Source of the DNA: Planctomycetota bacterium
GTDB taxonomy: Bacteria > Planctomycetota > UBA8742 > UBA2392
Assembly: GCA_019186845.1 (NCBI GenBank)
Contig: JABARW010000007.1
Coordinates: 1,386 to 65,385 of the forward strand
Direction: 5' to 3'
Length of the DNA stretch: 64,000 bases
The notes below the pieces were generated by a model that saw only the letters and a program-made list of their open reading frames with translations, made no database searches and was not told the origin of the DNA. Shown here one piece after another: positions 47,167-55,335 of this stretch. Both the position numbers and the translations under genes were made by a program. How positions within the stretch are numbered: position 1 is the first letter of the stretch; each line of letters starts with the position of its first letter.

Positions 47167-48192
47167 TCAGGCTTCGCGCACGTTATTGACGGTTTCCGCG
47201 GCGAACAGCTTTGTCTCCTTGCCGCCTTCGAGCTTCAGGGTGATGCCTCGGGCCGGATCGAGCTCGACGACCGTTCCCGTAAACTCCTTGTCGCCCTGGG
47301 AAAGCCGGACCTTGCGCCCGCCCATGGGCACAAACTCAGCCCAGGCGCGGGCGATCTTGTCGTACTTCTTTTTGTGGATGAGCCGATACACACTGTCGAG
47401 ATAGAACAGCAGCGGCCGTACCACGCGCACGCGATTGACCGGGGCGCTGCCCGGTCGCTCAATACGCAGGCTCGTCGCAATGCCCCTCAGCTCCTCCGGG
47501 AAGTCCGCCGTTTGCTGGTTGACGTTCAGGCCAATGCCCATCACATAGGTATCAGGCAGGGTGCTGCGGGCTTCTACCAGCACACCTGCCACCTTGCGGC
47601 CGCGCACCATCACGTCATTGGGCCACTTGATCTCGCTGGGCAGGTGGATGAACTGCTGCAACATGTTGGCCAGCGCCACGCTGGCCGTCGCGGTCAACAG
47701 GGCCAGCTTGTCCGGGGGCAGCTGCACACGCAGGATCACGCTCATCCAGATGCCGCACCCCGCCGGGCTGTGCCAGGAACGTCCAAGACGGCCCCGCCCG
47801 TTGACCTGGCGCTCGGCGAGAATGACCGTGCCATCCTCGGCGGCGGGGTTGGACTCCAGGAGCTTCCAGGCGGCCTCGTTGGTGCTGTCCACCTGATCAT
47901 GGATGTGGAGGACTTTTCCGACGCGCTCGGTATTGAGGTCCTCGCGGATTTCGTGCTCGAACAGGCGGTCCGGAATATCAATCAGTTTCACGCCCAGATA
48001 AGGGTGGAATTCGATGTTGTAGCCCTGCTCGATCAGTTCTTCGATGTCGCGGAACAGGGCATCATTGGCGGGCCCCTGCTTGCCCGTGCTCTTGGGCTTC
48101 TTCGACTTCCCCCTGGTCAGGGCCGCCTCGACGTCAGCGACCGCCGTGAAGTCGCTCTGCTTCTTGAGGTAACTCAATAGTTCGAAGTTCAT
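47167..48192 (-). CDS. birA: bifunctional biotin--[acetyl-CoA-carboxylase] ligase / biotin operon repressor
   Basis: The ligase motif is ILAERQVNGRGRLGRSWHSPAGCGIWMS. There is an N-terminal winged-helix-like region. Start at MNFELLSYLKK (ATG 48192). The ORF extends to 48234. Confidence 0.85.
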   Translation of the reverse strand: MNFELLSYLKKQSDFTAVADVEAALTRGKSKKPKSTGKQGPANDALFRDIEELIEQGYNIEFHPYLGVKLIDIPDRLFEHEIREDLNTERVGKVLHIHDQVDSTNEAAWKLLESNPAAEDGTVILAERQVNGRGRLGRSWHSPAGCGIWMSVILRVQLPPDKLALLTATASVALANMLQQFIHLPSEIKWPNDVMVRGRKVAGVLVEARSTLPDTYVMGIGLNVNQQTADFPEELRGIATSLRIERPGSAPVNRVRVVRPLLFYLDSVYRLIHKKKYDKIARAWAEFVPMGGRKVRLSQGDKEFTGTVVELDPARGITLKLEGGKETKLFAAETVNNVREA

Positions 48193-48260
48193 GGAGCGCG
48201 CCCGTGGATGGGCGGGAGTGTACAAACTGGGCAAGCCTCACAAAAGGCGCGCCGGGCCGC

Positions 48261-49058
48261 CTACTTGTTCTCGCGCTCGCGCACCACGCCGCGGTCACTC
48301 TCGCGGAAGAACCTGACCCAGTGCTGGGCCGGCTCGCAGTCCTTGAAGTCAGCCTCCAGCGACGCCAGAGCCTTCTCGTAGGGAACATCACTGCGGAACA
48401 GCACCTTGTAGGCTTCGCGAATTCGACGAATCTGATCCTTGGAGTAGCCGTTGCGCTCCAGGCCGATGAGGTTGAGGCCGAACACGGCGCAGCCCCAGCC
48501 CCCCACCCGCGTGTACGGCGGAATGTCCAGGCTCGTCACGCTGCCGCCGGAGACCATAGCCATCTTGCCGACGCGGCAGAACTGGTGAATGGCAACCGTG
48601 CCGCCAAAGACCACCTTGTCCTCCACCCTGACATGGCCGGCCAGCTGCACAGCGTTGGCGGCGATGATACGGTCGCCGAGCACACAATCGTGGCCGACGT
48701 GGCAATAGGCCATAAGGAAGCAGTTGTTGCCGATGCGGGTCGTCTGGTCAGGGTTCTTGGTGGTGCCGCGCGAAAGCTGCACGTAGTCGCCAAAGAAGTT
48801 TTCGTTGCCGATAACGAGCTTCGTGGGATCGCCCTTGTAGCCCAGGTCCTGGGGAGGGGCCCCGAAGCTGCAAAAGTTGCTGATGCGGTTTCGCTCGCCG
48901 ATCTCGAGGGGGCCGGCCAGCACGCAGTGGTGGCCTATCATGGTGCCCGCGCCGATTTTCACGCCGGCTTCAATGACGCTGTAGGCGCCGACGCAGACCC
49001 CGTCACCGAGTTGAGCGGAATTGTCGACCAGCGCAGTGGGATGAATCTGGGTGGGCAT
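48261..49058 (-). CDS. lpxA: acyl-ACP--UDP-N-acetylglucosamine O-acyltransferase
   Basis: MPTQIHPTALVDNSAQLGDGVCVGAYSVIEAGVKIGAGT shows hexapeptide repeats. FGAPPQDLGYKGDPTKLVIGNENFFGDYVQLSRGT is LpxA-typical. Confidence 0.9.
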   Translation of the reverse strand: MPTQIHPTALVDNSAQLGDGVCVGAYSVIEAGVKIGAGTMIGHHCVLAGPLEIGERNRISNFCSFGAPPQDLGYKGDPTKLVIGNENFFGDYVQLSRGTTKNPDQTTRIGNNCFLMAYCHVGHDCVLGDRIIAANAVQLAGHVRVEDKVVFGGTVAIHQFCRVGKMAMVSGGSVTSLDIPPYTRVGGWGCAVFGLNLIGLERNGYSKDQIRRIREAYKVLFRSDVPYEKALASLEADFKDCEPAQHWVRFFRESDRGVVRERENK

Positions 49059-49160
49059 CGGCTTGGAAACAACAGGGGTATAGGGTTTCGGGGACCAGCC
49101 CTGACACGCTGCACCAGGACGGGTGACACCCGACACCCAGGATGTGGGGCCCGTGGAGGC

Positions 49161-49778
49161 CTACCGTCTCTGGAGGATACTCAGGATGGCCGTGAGTTGC
49201 GTCTTCTGCATTTCGAGCTGATCCTTGATGGCCGTGATTTCCCCGGAGCTTCCACCGCCGCCACCCCCCCCCGCGACAAAATTCTCGCCGATGGTGCGCA
49301 GCAGTTCCTGAAGCTCGCCGTACCAACGGGCCTCCGGCATGCTGGTGACCAGTTTCTCGGCCAGCTCGCGGTTGGCCTTGCTTGAAGCGCTGAGATGCTT
49401 GAGCGCCTGATCAACGAGTTCGACTGCGCCATCGTCAAAGCCCACTTTGCTGCCCTTCTCGCGCATCTTGCGGATCTCTCCGGTCAGATCCTTGATGCCG
49501 TCGCGGATGTCGCCCAGAACGTTGCGCAGCGGGGTGAGGTCGATGTTGACCGTCACCGGGCCGCCCCCGCCTCCGCCGCCGGCCACAACGGGCGCTGTGG
49601 TGCGGGCGGGCGCGGGAGCCGCCTCCGTCGCCCCGGAAGAGGTCGCCGTCCCGGTTTCGTCGCGCCCTTCGGCCTCCGGCTCATCCGGCACGACGGCAGC
49701 CGTGCGGTCATCCACGTTCTTGGGAGTCGCCGTCTTCATTCGCTTGGACAGGCTTGCGAGCTTAGCCAGGTCAGCCAT
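49161..49778 (-). CDS. hypothetical helical protein with two hepta-glycine tracts
   Basis: Start at MADLAKLASLSKRMK, preceded by AAAGGAA. There is a disordered N-terminus, then GGGGGGG, a helical core, then GGGGGGG and a C-terminal helix. The ORF extends to 49865. Confidence 0.6.
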   Translation of the reverse strand: MADLAKLASLSKRMKTATPKNVDDRTAAVVPDEPEAEGRDETGTATSSGATEAAPAPARTTAPVVAGGGGGGGPVTVNIDLTPLRNVLGDIRDGIKDLTGEIRKMREKGSKVGFDDGAVELVDQALKHLSASSKANRELAEKLVTSMPEARWYGELQELLRTIGENFVAGGGGGGGSSGEITAIKDQLEMQKTQLTAILSILQRR

Positions 49779-49811
49779 TTCGAATTTCCTTTGCGCAGAA
49801 AACCCGCTGTG

Positions 49812-49847
49812 AAAAGCAAAGCGCCCGACCGCGATTTGGCCGGGCGC
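49812..49847 (-). terminator. putative intrinsic terminator/attenuator between the actin-like gene and the poly-Gly gene
   Basis: Minus strand: agcgcccggcc / ggtcgggcgct hairpin (10 bp, one mismatch) followed by TTGCTTTTC. Confidence 0.55.
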
Positions 49848-49872
49848 TCGGCTCTGAAACCGCAACGGGATT

Positions 49873-52695
49873 CTATTCTTCGTTGCTCAGGGCCGCAAGC
49901 AAGCAGCCCTTGGCCGTGGCATTGAACTGGTCCTCGGCGCGGCGGATGTCGGAAACCTTGATCGGGAAGCTCTTGGACACCTTACTGAACTCGTCCTTGA
50001 ACACCTCGATGAACCCGCCCACCATCGACGTGCCGCCGGAAACCGCGATCGGCACGGGCTTGGGGAAGTTCGGGATGTCCTTGGTGACTGCGAACTTCTT
50101 CATGATGTTTTCGAGCGAATACTTGATGAGGTGGCGATAGTAGATGACGATCGCTTCCTCTTCGGGCGTCTTGGGCGCGTTGATGTCCACGCCCGACTCC
50201 TTGATGTGAGTGATGCGCGAGGCGGCGCAACCCATGACCTGCGCGGCCTGCTGGTCAATCCAGTCACCGCCCTTGGCAGACGAGAACGAAATGACGTTCA
50301 TCGAGCGGAAGGCCACGCACACGTTCACCATGCCGCCGCCGCAGGAGATGCCGATGCCCGTGAATTCGTCGTCGCCGAGTTCAGAGAAGACGATGGCCAG
50401 ACCTTCATTGAAGGGCGTGCCCTTGTACCCCAGGCGCTGCAGCAGGCCGTTGGCGATGTTCGTGTGGTACACGATGTTCATCGTGCTGTCCACCGGGTCC
50501 GCCGGGATCGAGTAGTAGCAGGCTTCGCCATCCACGCGCGGCGGGCCCAGAATCTTCTTGAACAGCTCGACTTCCATGGGCATGGCGTCGGCGTCCGTGG
50601 GGCTGATCAGGCCGTTCTTCATCGGGCGGCGCATTTCGCGATTGAAGATGTTCGCCAGCTCAAACGCGTCCTGACCGATGACGTACAGCTTGTTTTCACG
50701 CTTGATGTACGGCACGCCCTGGCTCTTCAACATCTTCAGGGTGTAGGGGTCTTCCGGCACGTCAAGGAACGCGTTGCGCGCGGGGAAGAATTCAATGCCG
50801 CCTTCGGCGTCCATGCGGGCAGCGACCAGGTTGGCCGTTCCCACGTCAAGGCCGCGTCCCAGCGGCGCTCCAGAATCGTCACTCACGAGAGAAACCTCCG
50901 ACTGTGAATCCTTGGTGTTCGCGGGTTGAGCATGGCCGCCCGAGACCGTCCCGGAAACCCTGCCCCCGTCCACCCTGGGGTTATTCTGACCTTGGCCTTT
51001 AGCGGCATGGGCCGCCCAGGCCTGTTCTATCTTCGCCTCTCTGGCACGGCGGGCCTTCTGCTCCGCCTCCAGCCGCGCGATCTCCTGCTCCACCGCGCGC
51101 TTGTTCTTGTCCTTCTCGCTCTGCCGCCTGGCGTGCTTCTCGCGCCGGGCCGCCATTTCGCGCTCAAACTCGCTGCCATGCTCCTGCGCGACCCTGATTC
51201 CTTCCTGCTCGGCGCTCTTGCGCTGCCGTTCCTGCTCGAAGGTGGCGCGGGCGTCCTGCTGTTCGCGCTGCCGCACCGCCTGCTCTTCCGCGCGACGCCT
51301 GGCTTCGCGCTGCTGCGCCTGTTCCTGCGCCTGCTGCCGCAGCAGCTCGGCCCTTCTCTGCTCGGCCAGCGCGGCGTCCTCCCGGCGCTTGCGCTCATCT
51401 TCCTGCCTGCGCTTCTGGCTTTCAGCCCTGGCCTGCGCGGCCTTTCGGGCCTCTTCGGCCAGGCGCCGTTCTTCTTCCTGCTGCTCCTGTCTGAGCTGCT
51501 CGGCCTCCTGCTCCTGCCGCGCCTGCTCTTGTGCCGCCTCCCGCTCCAGCCTCTGGCGCTCAGCCTCCAGACGGTCCTGTTCCGCGGCATCCCTCGCGGC
51601 CTGCTCGGCTCTTGCCTGCTCCTGCCTCGCCAGCTCCGCCGCCTCCCGCTCCTCTTCAAGCCGCCTTTGCTCATCAGCGCGGCGGGCAATCTCTGCCAGT
51701 TCCTCGTTCTCGGTCAGACGGCGCGCGAGATGGTCGCTGCGCACGATACGCCCGGTTTCGTCCCGCTCATAGGTCAACGTGCGATCCGGCGCAACGGGCC
51801 CCCCGATATCGGTCCGCGAAAATGTCAGCGTGTCTCCGCCGCTGCTCGGGATTCCGTCCCCAAACGCCGTGGAACCCGCCATCTCCTCTTCAGACGTCAA
51901 AGGACCAGAGCCGGAACTTTCCAGTTCCGCGTCCGCTTGCGCGGGGTCTTCTCCAGAAATTCCGAATGGCCTGATATCTACCAGCTTAGGGTCGGTTACG
52001 CCAGTGGCTAGTGGGGCGCTGTCCTCGGCCGCCACTTCATCTCCCCGGTCCGTATCGCTTATCGGACCCAGTGTCAGATTCTGGCCGGCCTCGTGTATGG
52101 CCATTGTCATTGGGCCGGCCTGCATGTCGGGGGCCGCAGGCAAGCCCATGGCGTCGAGCTTCATATCCGCGACGGTCGCCGGCCCCGCCTCGCCCCTGAG
52201 TTGCTCGAGCTTGGCACGCTCGATAGCCTCGGTATCGTCCCAACCTTCCTGAATCTCGCCGACTTCCGCAGCCTGCGCGTCAGGGTTGAACTCTTCGGGC
52301 CCGGTTTCCGACGCAACATCTTCGAGATTGATGTCCCCCACGTCGTCGTCGTGTTCTTCCACGACTTCGTGGCCGCCATCGCCCTCCAGGGAAATATCTC
52401 CGAGGCTGTCGTCTTCTTCTTCCACCACCTCATGAACCGGGGGCTCACCTTCGTGATGGGCTTTGACCTTGCCGCGCTCTGCTGCCTGCCTCATTCGATC
52501 GGCCAAAGACGGAGCGGCCTGGCGAGCGCGCTCGGCGGCCCGTTGAAGGCGCTGCTCCACGGTTTCACCGAGGGGGGCAACGTCGTCCAGACTCAGATCG
52601 AGATCCTCGTCTTCTTCCTCGAAAACCTGGCCCTCATGCGGCGCATCGTCGTCTTGGGGCGGAGGAACGCGGGACATTGGGAGAGCCGGGGGCAA
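49873..52695 (-). CDS. actin/MreB-fold (ASKHA) protein with ~610-aa acidic + charged-helix N-terminal extension
   Basis: 940 aa. The C-terminal ~330 aa carry GLDVGTANLVAA (phosphate 1), RPMKNGLIS, GIGISCGGGMVNV (phosphate 2) and VSGGTSMVGGF (adenosine motif). The N-terminus has acidic repeats and an E/R/Q/A-rich stretch of ~240 aa. The start could be M1 (52695) or M7 (52677). Confidence 0.75.
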   Translation of the reverse strand: MPPALPMSRVPPPQDDDAPHEGQVFEEEDEDLDLSLDDVAPLGETVEQRLQRAAERARQAAPSLADRMRQAAERGKVKAHHEGEPPVHEVVEEEDDSLGDISLEGDGGHEVVEEHDDDVGDINLEDVASETGPEEFNPDAQAAEVGEIQEGWDDTEAIERAKLEQLRGEAGPATVADMKLDAMGLPAAPDMQAGPMTMAIHEAGQNLTLGPISDTDRGDEVAAEDSAPLATGVTDPKLVDIRPFGISGEDPAQADAELESSGSGPLTSEEEMAGSTAFGDGIPSSGGDTLTFSRTDIGGPVAPDRTLTYERDETGRIVRSDHLARRLTENEELAEIARRADEQRRLEEEREAAELARQEQARAEQAARDAAEQDRLEAERQRLEREAAQEQARQEQEAEQLRQEQQEEERRLAEEARKAAQARAESQKRRQEDERKRREDAALAEQRRAELLRQQAQEQAQQREARRRAEEQAVRQREQQDARATFEQERQRKSAEQEGIRVAQEHGSEFEREMAARREKHARRQSEKDKNKRAVEQEIARLEAEQKARRAREAKIEQAWAAHAAKGQGQNNPRVDGGRVSGTVSGGHAQPANTKDSQSEVSLVSDDSGAPLGRGLDVGTANLVAARMDAEGGIEFFPARNAFLDVPEDPYTLKMLKSQGVPYIKRENKLYVIGQDAFELANIFNREMRRPMKNGLISPTDADAMPMEVELFKKILGPPRVDGEACYYSIPADPVDSTMNIVYHTNIANGLLQRLGYKGTPFNEGLAIVFSELGDDEFTGIGISCGGGMVNVCVAFRSMNVISFSSAKGGDWIDQQAAQVMGCAASRITHIKESGVDINAPKTPEEEAIVIYYRHLIKYSLENIMKKFAVTKDIPNFPKPVPIAVSGGTSMVGGFIEVFKDEFSKVSKSFPIKVSDIRRAEDQFNATAKGCLLAALSNEE

Positions 52696-52855
52696 AGGTA
52701 GTGCGTATCAAGGGGACCCGGGCGGGGCCGGCGGATTGTAACGCGCTTGAAGAGTGAAGCAAGGCGGCAGCATACGACAGAACAAGTTCACGCCAGGGCA
52801 AACCGGGCGCGGCGCCAAAATCGCGGCAGCAACCCCGCTCATGGGGTAGAATGAG

Positions 52856-53491
52856 ATGAGGTGCGAGATGGGACCACTGAAGTACAACTCGCAGGGCCCA
52901 AATCCCCGCCGCGATGCCCGCGCGACCGGCCTGCGGCGCGTTCCCTACGGCTATGCGCCGCTGGTTACATGGCACCAACCTGCCGCCCCGCAGCCCGTAT
53001 CCGTTCGCCCTGATCCGCCGCGCAACGCGGCCGCCTGGTGGGCCTTCAGCCTGGGGCTGGGCTCACTCATGTTTGCTCTGCGGGCCCACGAAGACACTTT
53101 GGCCAAGGCCGCCATTGCGCTCTCGCTGCTGGCCATGGCCAGCGGAATCATCGGGCTCTCCATCTCGGGAATGTTCCGGCTCAAGAAGGGCCGCTGGACA
53201 TCCACCCTGGGGTTGATGATGGCCACCCTGGCACTGATCGTCTCGCCGCGCCCTTCGGGCCCGGTATCCGGCCCCGGCTTGACCATCTGCGAGCCCGCCT
53301 GCCCATACGAAACAGAATGCGTGCCGGAATTGCCTCCGGCCCCTGAGGCACGCCCCTTGCCGCCCCATGCGCAAGCCGCCCCCAAGTCTCCGGCTGCAAA
53401 CCAGCCTCTCCCGGAGCGTCAGACTGCACCCCCGGCACCCCGACAGGCAACTCCGCCGGCGGACCCCGACGAGCAGGAAGAGCAATTCTGA
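52856..53491 (+). CDS. hypothetical membrane protein with Pro-rich C-terminal tail
   Basis: 211 aa. Three hydrophobic helices (AAWWAFSLGLGSLMFAL, AAIALSLLAMASGIIGLSI, TLGLMMATLALIV). The tail is Pro/Ala-rich. Confidence 0.55.
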   Translation: MRCEMGPLKYNSQGPNPRRDARATGLRRVPYGYAPLVTWHQPAAPQPVSVRPDPPRNAAAWWAFSLGLGSLMFALRAHEDTLAKAAIALSLLAMASGIIGLSISGMFRLKKGRWTSTLGLMMATLALIVSPRPSGPVSGPGLTICEPACPYETECVPELPPAPEARPLPPHAQAAPKSPAANQPLPERQTAPPAPRQATPPADPDEQEEQF

Positions 53492-53573
53492 TCTCGCGAA
53501 CAAAGCACCGCCGGCCCCTTGACGGCAAGGCGGGCGCGAAGCAAATACTCCGCCTCAATCACGGAGAGTTTCC

Positions 53574-53678
53574 ATGGCGTACTTCAGCAGCAAGCGAGGA
53601 CACCTCAAGGCCAAGCGTCGCAAGATTGCCAACGCCCGCGCCAAGAAGCGCGCCGCGCAACTCGCCAAGAAGAAGTAG
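53574..53678 (+). CDS. possible 34-aa highly basic small protein
   Basis: Not in the ORF track because it is under 60 aa. GGAGAG lies 5 nt before the ATG. The product is MAYFSSKRGHLKAKRRKIANARAKKRAAQLAKKK. A TTGACG -35-like hexamer lies ~50 nt upstream. Confidence 0.35.
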   Translation: MAYFSSKRGHLKAKRRKIANARAKKRAAQLAKKK

Positions 53679-54161
53679 CTACTTCAGGGCTTCGTCCGCA
53701 TCCTGGGCCAGTTCAAGCTGGCTGATTATGTATTTCTTGCGGTTGTCTTCGGCCCGCTGCAGCCTGACAAGCGCCTCCACCGCCGCGACATGGGCCAGTT
53801 CCCGTGCCAGGTTCAGCGCGTAAGTCGTGAGTTTCGCGCCCTGGGCTTCCATGTTTCCAAGCATGTGCAGGGAGAAGCGGCCGCCCGTAAGGGTGGTCAG
53901 CCGGCCCCACAGGCTCGTCAGCGGACCGATCACCCAGCGTAACAGGGGCCGGCCCCGGCCGAAGAGTCCCAGCAGGCGTGCCGCTTCTGACTGCCGGTCG
54001 CGCAGTTCGGTCACGTGGGCTTCGAGGCGGGCACGGGTCTCTCCCGCGTGAATGCGGACGTGGGCGGCGCACACGTTGGCGGCCGTCAGTGAGGTCAGAT
54101 AGATGGCTCTCATCACCCGCACGAAGCGGCTGGAAAGTGCCCTGCGCTCGGAATCGTCCAT
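53679..54161 (-). CDS. hypothetical helical protein
   Basis: 160-aa ORF in the gap before alr, with a helix-rich composition. No motif recognised. Confidence 0.45.
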   Translation of the reverse strand: MDDSERRALSSRFVRVMRAIYLTSLTAANVCAAHVRIHAGETRARLEAHVTELRDRQSEAARLLGLFGRGRPLLRWVIGPLTSLWGRLTTLTGGRFSLHMLGNMEAQGAKLTTYALNLARELAHVAAVEALVRLQRAEDNRKKYIISQLELAQDADEALK

Positions 54162-54214
54162 GCAGTTCAGCCCCGCTTCAGGCCGATAGCTATAGTGCGC
54201 TTGCGGGTGCGGCC

Positions 54215-55333
54215 ATGTCCAGACTTCCCCAGCGCGTGTGGGCTGAAATCAGCCTCGACCACGCGCGGCACAACCTGAAACAGATTCGGCGCGCAGCGGG
54301 CCGGCGCAAGGTCATGGCCGTGCTGAAGGCCAACGCCTACGGCCACGGCGCCGCGGAAATGGCGCGGGTGTTCGTGCGCGATGGAGTGGACGCCCTCGGC
54401 GTGGGCGATTCCGGTGAAGCACTGGAACTGCGGGAAGCGGGCATCAAGGCCCCCATCCTGATCGTGGGGGCCATCATTGAGGGCGAGATGCCCGCTGTCG
54501 TCGAGCAGGACCTGGAAGTCAACCTGCACACCGTGGAAATGGCTGAAGCGCTGAACCAGGAAGCCGCGCGCCAGGGCAAACGGGTGCGCGTGCACTTGAA
54601 GATCGACACCGGCATGGGCCGCCTGGGCATGCAGCCCTTTCAGGCCGTGCCGTTCCTGCACCGCATGCACAACCTCGCCAACCTTGAACTGGTGGGCATG
54701 TGCACGCACTTCAGCTACCCCTACGAAGAGAACCCCAGCTTCACGCTGCGCCAGCTTGAGCGCTTCAACGTCGCCGTGGATGTCGCGCGCCGCCTGGGCT
54801 ACGACAATCTGACACTGCACGCGGCCTCGAGCCTGGCCCTGTTCCGGCGCAAAGAGTCGCTGTTCAACATGGTGAGGCCGGGCGTGGCCCTGTGGGGGCT
54901 GCTGCCCGGCGACGAGCGGGGCCTGGCGAAGAGACTGAAACCGGTGCTGTCGTGGAAGACGCGCATCGTGTTTTTGAAGGACGTGCCCGAAGGGCAGCCC
55001 ATCGGCTACAACCGCACCTACTACACGCCCAACCCCACGAAAATCGCCACGCTGCCCGTGGGCTACAACGACGGCTACCGCCGCGCTCTGAGCAACAAGG
55101 CGGAAGTTCTGATCCGCGGAAAACGCTGCCCGGTCGTCGGCCTTGTAAGCATGGACTACACCACGGTGGATGTCAGCGCGGTGCCGCAGGCGCAGGTGGG
55201 CGACGTTGTAACGCTCATTGGCTCCGACGGCAGGCAGGCGATCTCCGCCGAAGGTCTCGCGGCGGACGCGGGCGTCAGCGTCTATGAACTTCTCTGCGGC
55301 CTTGGGCGCCGCGTGGTGCGGGTTTATTCTTAG
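54215..55333 (+). CDS. alr: alanine racemase
   Basis: MSRLPQRVWAEISLDHARHNLKQIRR...VMAVLKANAYGHGA contains the PLP-lysine motif. PVGYNDGYRRALSN and the C-terminal beta domain are present. The upstream part of ORF 53978..55333 is rejected. Confidence 0.9.
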   Translation: MSRLPQRVWAEISLDHARHNLKQIRRAAGRRKVMAVLKANAYGHGAAEMARVFVRDGVDALGVGDSGEALELREAGIKAPILIVGAIIEGEMPAVVEQDLEVNLHTVEMAEALNQEAARQGKRVRVHLKIDTGMGRLGMQPFQAVPFLHRMHNLANLELVGMCTHFSYPYEENPSFTLRQLERFNVAVDVARRLGYDNLTLHAASSLALFRRKESLFNMVRPGVALWGLLPGDERGLAKRLKPVLSWKTRIVFLKDVPEGQPIGYNRTYYTPNPTKIATLPVGYNDGYRRALSNKAEVLIRGKRCPVVGLVSMDYTTVDVSAVPQAQVGDVVTLIGSDGRQAISAEGLAADAGVSVYELLCGLGRRVVRVYS

Positions 55334-55335
55334 GC

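Noticed and set aside
51027-51772. Several 200+-aa ORFs in other frames and on the plus strand inside the E/R/Q/A-rich part of the actin-like gene (51027..51689 minus, 51101..51772 plus, 50926..52011 plus).
   Set aside because: They are by-products of the GAG/CGC/CAG/GCC repetitive codon composition. Their products are Ser/Arg/Cys/Leu low-complexity strings. Only the 940-aa frame connects to a recognisable domain.
53978-54214. N-terminal extension of the alanine racemase ORF.
   Set aside because: It overlaps the convergent 160-aa ORF and is Arg/Gly-rich. The canonical Alr N-terminus starts at the ATG at 54215.
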